Positions 22,568-31,978 of a stretch of DNA of 39,622 bases are shown here, in pieces. Numbering within the stretch: position 1 is the stretch's first letter; every line of letters begins with the position of its first letter. The position numbers and the translations under genes were made by a program. The notes under the pieces were generated by a model, which ran no database searches, had not been told where the DNA came from, and worked only from the letters and a program-made list of their open reading frames with translations. Source of the stretch: Octopus bimaculoides (lineage: Eukaryota); NCBI RefSeq assembly GCF_001194135.2, contig NC_068988.1, positions 55,765,296 through 55,804,917 on the forward strand. The letters are read 5' to 3'.

Positions 22568-22615
<48 letters not shown>
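22331..22615 (+). mobile_element. 5'-truncated LINE 3' end (RTE-like) encoding two C2H2 zinc fingers, short 3' UTR and (TA)n tail
   Basis: 22331-22525 translates without stops: FECGVCQKACKSNGGLKRHVRIHNEQNLPAGIGSTNQRCNLCRCFFKTLSGLKSHIRCHERDKV*; ~45 nt later a (TA)n tail begins. The RTE assignment rests on recalled architecture. Confidence 0.75.
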
Positions 22616-23639
22616 GCACATACATATATATGCATGCATATATCCTATTTAATATGGATGTACTGTAAGAATGCCATAAAACTGTGGTATTCGTCATAAG
22701 AAGATATATCATACAGTTGTATAGAGCTAAAAAGCATAGAAGTATCAGTAGTGGACGAAAATGCCTAGCATCGGTGGTAGAACAGCTAGATCACTTGATT
22801 TTTGCATCTTTGTACATCATCAGCAGTAGGTAACTATTATCACCACAAGTAGCCAAATTTTGCCTCTACTGATAGAGAAAGATAGGAAATAATCAGTTTT
22901 TGGCGTCGCAAATAACTGGGGAGCTAGGTAAAAATTAGTTATTAGCGACGGAAGCAATATTAGTACCACGTTATGCTACATAACGTGGATACACTATTAG
23001 AGCACCATAATACTGCGGCATACGTCCTGTGTAGTACTAAAAGGCACTATCTTCTATCCTTTGATCCATATAACATTAGAGGCCTTACAAGGAGCTAGCG
23101 CTCCAGTAGCATAAACTCTTAGAATTAATGAGGTTCACAAGCCAACACACCACAACAAGGACTGAAAATGAGGCTGGGAATAAGGAACACGGTACGTTAA
23201 TGATATTATACAGCTTGTTCCCACAATATAAAGTATTCACCCTAAGTCTGTATGATCTCGCGAACATCATGCCCAAAACATCAATTAGAATATTACATAG
23301 GCAATATAAAGAATCTAACAGAAACTATCACCATTATACATAACAGCAACATGACACAACGAAGGAGCCAAATTCCTTCAAAGAATGCGTCCTTTCTTAA
23401 AAATGAAAGGACGCATTTAGTAATGTAGCCTTAGATGTATGAACAATTGTGATGGTCACGATTGAATAGATGAAAAAAGGCTGATCTTGCGACTAAACAA
23501 CAAAATAACAGAAAGAGTAGATTTGAATGACCTTCAATATACACGGATCGTTTTACTGACTTAGAGGAGAGAGGGCAGTGCCAAATGACATGTTTCACAG
23601 TTTTCGAAACTGATGGACGGAAGGATCGAAGTTATCCGC

Positions 23640-23910
23640 AGACCAGAAACTTAGCTGGAATGTTATCAACAGAGTGCATTCTGCGAAAAGCGCCCAAAGA
23701 CTAAGCGATGGTGCTAAACTGGGCGACGGATAGAATCCATTGGTTAAGGATGGAGAAAGGCTTCGAAGTAATCAGTGCATCTGAGCATTGTTCCTGATAA
23801 GTCTCCTTCAACAACACACTGCTATTTTTAAAATGAAGATGAAACGTTAAGTTCTCAGTCTTCGCATATCATGCCCCACAGTGAAGGCAGGATGTTCATG
23901 GCTAGAAGAC
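23640..23910 (+). pseudogene. Possible Tc1-like transposase remnant
   Basis: Peptides LNWATDRIHW, VPDKS and IMPTVKAG in the order of Tc1 motifs WA..H..W, FSDES and PTVKHGG; very decayed. Confidence 0.3.
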
Positions 23911-25075
23911 TGCTGATCTAACGATATTTCTGTCAAATAACTCTTTGTCGTTGCTTTGATCAAGCATAATAATAGTAAGAACGTCAGCATGCATTCTCAG
24001 TGTCATTGATATATAGCAATAACCTCATGCTATGGTGTGCAATATGTTATGATAAGCTCCAGCACACCAGAAAATATGTCATTGAAACCGTATCAAAAAG
24101 ACCCCTAAACCTGTATGAAAAGAGCCTCTAAGCTACGTACAGTTCATGTTAACCAAATGGGCTCACAAATCAGTTTGAAACATTTACACCTAGGGACTCC
24201 TAACAAAACCCCCGTTTATTGAGTAGAAAAATAGGAGCAGAATGTCTAAGCCGTAAATCCTATTTGTTAACACCCCCGCCTACTGAAAGCTATGAAAGTA
24301 AATATGGACTCTACACACTGTGACCGAGCGGATTAAACCAGCCAATTGTCCCACGCCACTATCAAAAGCCAAGAGCAGGTGCATGCATACATATGTGTGT
24401 GAGTGTGTGCGTGTGCGTCTGTGTGTGTGTGTGTGTCTGTGTCTGTGTGCGCGTGCGTGTGTACCTTTTAAATGACTCAAAACTGGAAATAAATTTCAGA
24501 ATTCCCAAGAAGTAAATGCTTTTTCTTTCTTCACCTCATATACTTAACTATATTTATGTAGGTCGCTCAGTCAATTGTGCTTTTTTAATATCAGCTGTAT
24601 TTAAACAATTTTCCTTTTTTTTTTTTTTTTTTTGTAAAGCATGATATAAAATAGTATCTACCTGGCTTATTACAATTGCATATGATTTGATTCCGCCCTT
24701 ACATTTAAAAGTGAAAAGAATTTTTTTACTTTCATTGACCGGAAGTGAATCGTGAATTAACTATGTTTTGACACTTGAACTTTAACTGACCGAAGCGAGA
24801 AAGTATCAGAGTTTTCAATTGTTAACAAAAGTAATTCTCTTTTACTCCCACTTTGTTGAGAGAAAAAGGTAAAACGTGCTATATTTTGGTAGAAAGATGC
24901 TTTTGCCAAATAATAAGCTGAAAGCGGGGATAAAAGATGAGGAAATAAGAATAATAGTTTTATACGTTGTGATTATTCGGATTAGTTCCGGTCAAACTGC
25001 CTGTATAGTACACAATTGAATGGGGGAGGATAACAAATAAAACAGTAATTTAACAACAGAAGTTTACTCGAATAG

Positions 25076-25530
25076 GAGCAGATGTGGATATGTGGTTAAG
25101 AAGTTCACTTTGCAAACATGCAGTTTGGGGTTCAGTTCCACTGCACAGTTAACAAATGCCCTGTGAACGAATTTGGTGGATGAAAACCGACTACTTTTTC
25201 GTTATCTCACCCCCATTAAAAATTAGGTTATCTCCCCTAACTAAAAAATTATTTAATCCTCAATAAATCAAAAACAAAAAACTAAAAAGAATCTAATAGC
25301 ATTTTTATAACAAATCCTACCATGGCTACTGAGGAGGTCAACAACGTTTTGGAGTATTGAATCAAAAGGATCTAACTCTTTTAATCCAATGTCTTGTCGC
25401 CACATAATTTCTTAGTTGGGGAGATAACCCAATTTTTTAATGGCAATTTTTTAATGGCAATTTTTTAATGGGGGTGAGATAACCAAAAAGTACCGAAAAA
25501 TGTATGGAAGCCAGTCGTGTACACAGGCGT
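25076..25530 (+). mobile_element. SINE family A-related copy interrupted by a MITE
   Basis: Head ...ggggttcagttccactg...gaatttggtggatgaaaac resumes as aaaatgtatggaagccagtcgtg after the insertion. Confidence 0.7.
25192..25492. mobile_element. MITE with ~60-bp terminal inverted repeats
   Basis: Left tactttttcgttatctcacccccattaaaaattaggttatctcccctaactaa matches the reverse complement of the right end, which carries a 3 x 14 bp internal duplication. Confidence 0.8.
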
Positions 25531-25649
25531 GCGCACGCACACACATATGTATATATATATATATATCAACTGATCGATCAGACTATTGAATGTTATTATG
25601 CCTTGCTAGTTACAATGCGCTTTGCAAGACAACATTCTCCCTGGTCGGA

Positions 25650-25779
25650 AGGCTAGTTCGTCGCAACGTGAAATGGAGTGTTTTGCTTAAGAACACAACG
25701 CACTGCCCAGTCAAGTAGTCGAACCCACGATCTCACGATCATCAGTGAAATACCCTAACCACTAGGTCATGTGCCTTCA
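25650..25779 (-). mobile_element. tRNA-headed SINE family E, 5' portion
   Basis: Minus strand tgacctagtggtta (A box), gggttcgactac (B box), then ttcttaagcaaaacact. Confidence 0.7.
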
Positions 25780-26011
25780 AAAATATGTGTGCGCGCGCGT
25801 GTGAGTGGTGTGTGTGTGTGTGTGTGTGTTTCTATCTGTGTTTCTTTCTACACCACCTCTTGACAACCGGTGTTCCTTTGTTTACGTCTCGATAGAATTA
25901 GTGCTGAGATCGAGGTGACCCCAGCATGAAAGATAACAAGAAAGATACCTGAAAAATACAAAATATGAGGATAGATAAATACAGTAATCCCTCGTCATAT
26001 TGCAGCTCACG

Positions 26012-26161
26012 TATCGCGGTTTACCTATCGCGGTTTACCTATCGCGGTTTACCTATCGCGGTTCAACTATCGCAGTTTACCTATCGCGGTTAACCTATCG
26101 CGGTTAACCTATCGCGGTTCACCTATCGCGGTTCACCTATCGCGGTTCACCTATCGCGGTT
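26012..26161. repeat. Minisatellite, 11 x 14 bp (ctatcgcggttHac)
   Basis: tatcgc recurs every 14 bp from 26012 to 26152. Confidence 0.95.
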
Positions 26162-26203
26162 TATTATTTAAGCTTACGCCGATTACTCTGTGGTGTTGTT
26201 TTG

Positions 26204-26548
26204 CAGTCCCACTGCGTGGCACCTTGGGCAAGTGTCTTCTACTATAGCCTTGGGCCGACCAAAGCCTTGTGAGTGGATTTGGTAGATGGAAACTGAAAGA
26301 AGCCCGTCGTGTATATGTATATATATATGTGTGTGTGTGTTTGTGTGGTCTGTTTGTCCCCCCCAACATCGTTTGGCAACTGATGCTGGTGTGTTTACGT
26401 CCCCGTAACTTAGCGGTTCAGCAAAAGAGACCGATAGAATAAGTACTAGGCTTACAAAGAATAAGTCCTGGGGTCGATTTGCTCGACTAAAGGCGGTGCT
26501 CCAGCATGGCCGCAGTCAAATGTCTGAAACAAGTAAAAGAGTAAAAGA
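26204..26548 (+). mobile_element. SINE family A, 5'-truncated, young, nested in the Tigger-like element
   Basis: Near-consensus core and tail ending gtaaaagagtaaaaga. Confidence 0.95.
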
Positions 26549-26636
26549 ATATTGTTTCTACGTCGAGGATTTTCACCTATCACGGGAGGTTTGGGAACAC
26601 ACGCGATAGTCGAGGGATTATTGTAGTTCTTTAGAT

Positions 26637-26800
26637 CTAACCCAGTGGTTAGGTTACTGAGCTCACTACTGTTAAGTCGTGGGTTCGATACTCAGTGTTG
26701 CACAGAACACTCAGCTGAAAATACGGCAATTGGAGGGTTAGCTAACCCTGCAACGGACAAGCATCCAGCTTAGTCAAGTGTGTTCTACCCTCATCCTATC
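26637..26800 (+). mobile_element. tRNA-headed SINE-like fragment
   Basis: cccagtggttagg (A box) and gggttcgatact (B box) at tRNA-like spacing; the remainder is not tRNA-like. Confidence 0.55.
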
Positions 26801-27176
26801 TTGAAATTCTTGAGCTCCCGGTCTCATGCGCCTTATATGCTCGAGCCAGATTTAAGATCGTTTGTTGGTTCTAACGATCAATGACATGGTTATGCTGAAG
26901 CAGCACCACATACACCGCGTTTAAATAAATGAATTCATCACCATCAACACAAGTACCACGTCTTCAACAACAACTACATCCACCACTACTAACACCACTA
27001 CCACCACTACTATCACCGCCACAACGATAGCATCGACAACGCCAGTGTTGACACATCCTTCATCGTATCACCGCCGAATTGCAGCATTATCAAACTAACC
27101 TTCAGTACTGCATCTCAGCACCACCAGCACCACCACCAGCACCACCACCATCACTACCACAAACAACGTCATCATA

Positions 27177-27345
27177 GGCGCAGACGAGCTATGTGGTAAG
27201 AATGTTTTCTGCCAACTACATGATTCCGGGTTCAGTCCCACTGTGTGACACATTGGACAAGTATCTTCTACTGTAACCCCGGGCCAGTCAAAGTCTTGTG
27301 AGCGGATTTGGTAGACAGAAACTAAAAGAAGCCTGTCGTTATATG
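27177..27345 (+). mobile_element. SINE family A, 5' half, running into (TG)n and a 980-N gap
   Basis: ggcgcagacgagctatgtggtaag...ggttcagtcccactg...gaagcctgtcgt. Confidence 0.85.
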
Positions 27346-27460
27346 TATATATATACATATTGAGTGTGTTGTGTGTGTGTGTGTGTGTGTGCGTGCGTGC
27401 GTTCGTGTGTGTATGTGCGTGTGTGCACGTGCGTGCGCGCGTTCGTGTGCATATGTGTAT

Positions 27461-27518
<58 letters not shown>

Positions 27519-28512
27519 NNNNNNNNNNNNNNNNNNNNNNNNNNNNNNNNNNNNNNNNNNNNNNNNNNNNNNNNNNNNNNNNNNNNNNNNNNNNNNNNNN
27601 NNNNNNNNNNNNNNNNNNNNNNNNNNNNNNNNNNNNNNNNNNNNNNNNNNNNNNNNNNNNNNNNNNNNNNNNNNNNNNNNNNNNNNNNNNNNNNNNNNNN
27701 NNNNNNNNNNNNNNNNNNNNNNNNNNNNNNNNNNNNNNNNNNNNNNNNNNNNNNNNNNNNNNNNNNNNNNNNNNNNNNNNNNNNNNNNNNNNNNNNNNNN
27801 NNNNNNNNNNNNNNNNNNNNNNNNNNNNNNNNNNNNNNNNNNNNNNNNNNNNNNNNNNNNNNNNNNNNNNNNNNNNNNNNNNNNNNNNNNNNNNNNNNNN
27901 NNNNNNNNNNNNNNNNNNNNNNNNNNNNNNNNNNNNNNNNNNNNNNNNNNNNNNNNNNNNNNNNNNNNNNNNNNNNNNNNNNNNNNNNNNNNNNNNNNNN
28001 NNNNNNNNNNNNNNNNNNNNNNNNNNNNNNNNNNNNNNNNNNNNNNNNNNNNNNNNNNNNNNNNNNNNNNNNNNNNNNNNNNNNNNNNNNNNNNNNNNNN
28101 NNNNNNNNNNNNNNNNNNNNNNNNNNNNNNNNNNNNNNNNNNNNNNNNNNNNNNNNNNNNNNNNNNNNNNNNNNNNNNNNNNNNNNNNNNNNNNNNNNNN
28201 NNNNNNNNNNNNNNNNNNNNNNNNNNNNNNNNNNNNNNNNNNNNNNNNNNNNNNNNNNNNNNNNNNNNNNNNNNNNNNNNNNNNNNNNNNNNNNNNNNNN
28301 NNNNNNNNNNNNNNNNNNNNNNNNNNNNNNNNNNNNNNNNNNNNNNNNNNNNNNNNNNNNNNNNNNNNNNNNNNNNNNNNNNNNNNNNNNNNNNNNNNNN
28401 NNNNNNNNNNNNNNNNNNNNNNNNNNNNNNNNNNNNNNNNNNNNNNNNNNNNNNNNNNNNNNNNNNNNNNNNNNNNNNNNNNNNNNNNNNNNNNNNNNGT
28501 GCATATGTGTAT

Positions 28513-28560
<48 letters not shown>

Positions 28561-28685
28561 CTTCACGTTCTAAGTTAAAGATTCTACCGAGGTCGACTTT
28601 GCTTTTCATACTTTCGGGGTGGATAAAATAAGTACCAGTTGAGTACTGGAGTCGATGTAATACGCTAGCCCCCTCCCCCGAAATT
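28561..28685 (+). mobile_element. SINE family B, 5'-truncated
   Basis: gaggtcgactttgcttttcatactttcggggtggataaaataagtaccagttgag. Confidence 0.85.
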
Positions 28686-29239
28686 ACACACACAAGCACT
28701 CACACACAGGGCTTAGCAAATCGGTTAAATATCCTTTAGAAGACGGGAAAAGGATATTCACTGATTTTCTCAGCTGTAAAAAAACGTGCGGGTTTCGATT
28801 TCCTGTGGAGGGTTGCTGACCACTTTTCCCGTTTTCTAAAGGGTATTTTACCAGATTTTTTAAAGCTGTCTTCACAGCCACCCAGCGTTCGAGAATTCCT
28901 TTATTTCTGTAGAGTATATGTTTGCATTTGTGTTTGTGTGTGTGTTAGTGGATGTGTTGTCCGTGAATGTTTGTTTTTAACAATATATGAAGTTCTATAG
29001 TCAATCTGCAATAACGAAATGTGAAGCTACGCTCATCACAATATCGGTTACAATTGCCATTTCATCTAGTTCAAAATGAAAGGGACACTAGGTATCTAAA
29101 ATCTTGACATAGCGCGGTTAATAGTAACTACAATACTACATTTTGGTGTATAAACTACAATACTACATTATACACCAAAATGTTAGCCATTTCAGATATA
29201 TATTAATTTATTTGATTACAATAGTATATGGTTATATTC

Positions 29240-29466
29240 TGAAGAACTTCATACTAACGTGTCTGAAACTACCTCTGGTTTGTGATAGAAACTTTCTAGT
29301 TTGAATTTATCGAAATTAAGATTTTCCATCAAAATGCTATTTTAGTTTGTTTCAAACACCACCTTAAAATTGACAAAGTGATTTCAAACAAATATTCATT
29401 ATTTTGAAATTAAAATGAAAAAAAATTGTTGTACAATTCAACAGAAATATAGTAACAAAATGTTAA
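29240..29466 (-). mobile_element. Possible degraded TTAA-type (piggyBac-like) MITE
   Basis: Minus strand starts ttaacattttgttactatatttctgttga; resembles from memory an abundant cephalopod element, but there is no second copy in the window and the other end is decayed. Confidence 0.35.
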
Positions 29467-30669
29467 ATATGTCCTTCCAGCTACAAAAGAATAGTTTCCC
29501 AGATAAATCTAGTCATTATCAATCGCGGTGATTACATGCCATGACGTCATACTTTAGACAAAAAAATAGCCTTCATTTTAGTCATTGAAGTATGATTAAG
29601 CTAAAAGTTAGTTGAAGAATAGCTCAAAGCTGAACTCGAAGGATTATTAATTTTTGATCTTTATATTATCTTCCACTGGGTCATAAACCAAACTTAATCA
29701 TGCCTACCCAGCAACCACATCGAATAAATTACAACTGGCTTTACAATAGATATCTCCCAACCTTGCAGTTCAAACTCTCGTTTTAAAGATTTGACTATCC
29801 ATGATAATTCACGGCATATTTCCCGCCTTGTATGAATCGTTGCGAAAACAGAACAATAATGAACAATTATCAACATAATGTTGGTAATTTTATTATATAT
29901 ATATATATATATATNNNNNNNNNNNNNNNNNNNNNNNNNNNNNNNNNNNNNNNNNNNNNNNNNNNNNNNNNNNNNNNNNNNNNNNNNGACCACCTTAACA
30001 TTCTGCTAGAAATAAGCATTATGAGGTTTCTTTTTATCTAATAGTACCCCACTCTAATTGCTTAGATTGTTTTATTTCTCCTTCTTTTACTGGGTCCTTA
30101 AATCCTTTTCAAAAATTTTTATATTTTAATAGATAAATTTTGCTAAGTTTAGATGCACACTTTTCCCCGTATTCCTAATTCCCACACTTAGATATCTTTG
30201 TGACCGCCTTTGTATTCCACTTTAAGCCCCTTTTAGATGGTAATCATTATATGTTAAGCCACTCCTGGCCCTCCTCTTTCCAGTTATCGCCACGCCTTTA
30301 TATCATTATCTTACTAGCATTTACTGAGATATATTCTTTTATGTAGATATGGTTGGTTTTATAGTCATAGTGAAATAGGGGTAGGGAAGAGTATCTGACA
30401 TTAATTAATTTATCACCAACAACAAGAACTTAATTGTTAATTCCCAATAGTTTTGATTCTAAGGGGATGCAGACTGCTTGCTGCACTGGGTCTGTTGAAT
30501 GCGATCAAGATAAAAATAAATGCCGCTATATCACCATTCCCCACCATTATTTCCTTCTGCCGCATTCTTTCTGCTACAATGATAGCATTTTAGTCTCAAG
30601 TACTGATGAAAAATTTGCTAAAAAATTATAATGGACTATCCTGTATGCTGGAAATCTATATTGTCGTTC

Positions 30670-30704
30670 GCATCCAATGAAGTCGCTTGAAACGGCCGTA
30701 ATGC
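30670..30704 (+). ncRNA. Decayed minimal hammerhead ribozyme motif
   Basis: gcat-CCAATGA-agtcgctt-GAAA-cggccg-TA-atgc. Helix I gcat/atgc, helix III is the ACGGCCGT palindrome; core has two substitutions and helix II is weak. Confidence 0.45.
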
Positions 30705-31142
30705 ACTGATACCTGGACATCCTTGTTACTTATTTGCTTTATATATATATATATATATGCTCATAAATATATAGGGATTGACAGTAACCTGCTTCTCCAA
30801 CATTTCCCTGCCCTGCATATCTATCTATATATNNNNNNNNNNNNNNNNNNNNNNNNNNNNNNNNNNNNNNNNNNNNNNNNNNNNNNNNNNNNNNNNNNNN
30901 NNNNNNNNNNNNNNNNNNNNNNNNNNNNNNNNNNNNNNNNNNNNNNNNNNNNNNNNNNNNNNNNNNNNNNNNNNNNNNNNNNNNNNNNNNNNNNNNNNNN
31001 NNNNNNNNNNNNNNNNNNNNNNNNNNNNNNNNNNNNNNNNNNNNNNNNNNNNNNNNNNNNNNNNNNNNNNNNNNNNNNNNNNNNNNNNNNNNNNNNNNNN
31101 NNNNNNNNNNNNNNNNNNNNNNNNNNNNNNNNNNNNNNNNNN

Positions 31143-31175
<33 letters not shown>

Positions 31176-31448
31176 TAGATAGATAGATAGATAGATAAAT
31201 TAAATATAGAGATATTCTATTGACATTCAATAATTTATTTATATTACAATATTACATTAAATACTATGAATATAGTATATAACATAACATAATATTATAT
31301 AAATAATTATAAAAACCGTTAAAAGTCCAACAAATTGTTTCGACTTATATATAATTTTTCTGATATACATAATCACAGTTCAATTCTATATAAGTCATTT
31401 CAGGGTCAATCGGTTGAGGAAGACGAAATCCCGTCAGGAAAGGACGGC

Positions 31449-31478
31449 TGGATTGTAAAAATTAATTTTTACAATCCA
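31449..31478. repeat. Perfect 30-bp palindrome, no spacer
   Basis: tggattgtaaaaatt|aatttttacaatcca. Confidence 0.95.
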
Positions 31479-31923
31479 ACCGATTGTAATGGTACTCCTT
31501 CGGGGCTATTTTTGCTTTGACTCTCAGAACTGTCATTCGGATCAGCTTGTTTTGTTCGTTAATTTCCGTAAATTTTTATTTATTTATTTACCTTTGCTTT
31601 AAAGTGAAAGAGGGGAGAAAGTGAAAGATGTATGAACGTATATATGAAATGGACGTGTGTGTGTGTGTATGTGTGTGTGTGTATGTGTGTGAGTGTGAGG
31701 GAGAGTGCCATTTACACATACATGAAAACACACGTTCACTCACTCACTCATTCACTCACTCACTCACTCTCTCACTCTCACACACACACACGCATGCACA
31801 CGTACATACAAAAAGTTGTACGCATACGTATTGATGTATGTGCGTATATATGACAACACACCCCTTCATTCACTTTCTTTTTCTCTCTCTCTTCCTCTTT
31901 CTCTCTCTCTCTCACTTTCTCTA

Positions 31924-31978
<55 letters not shown>

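Larger units (their letters stand above)
25982..26623. mobile_element. Tc1/mariner (Tigger/pogo-like) non-autonomous element containing an 11 x 14 bp array and a nested SINE
   Basis: TA-cagtaatccctcg ... cgagggattattg-TA: 13-bp TIR with one mismatch and a TA target duplication. Confidence 0.8.

Noticed and set aside
24737-24746. ETS motif accggaagtg as a promoter
   Set aside because: A single short motif without supporting CpG-rich or exon context.
26012-26161. CRISPR-like array
   Set aside because: The units are directly adjacent with no unique spacers; there are no cas genes and the context is eukaryotic.
29238-29280. Hammerhead candidate ctgaaga...gaaac
   Set aside because: No convincing helix II, palindrome or helix I.
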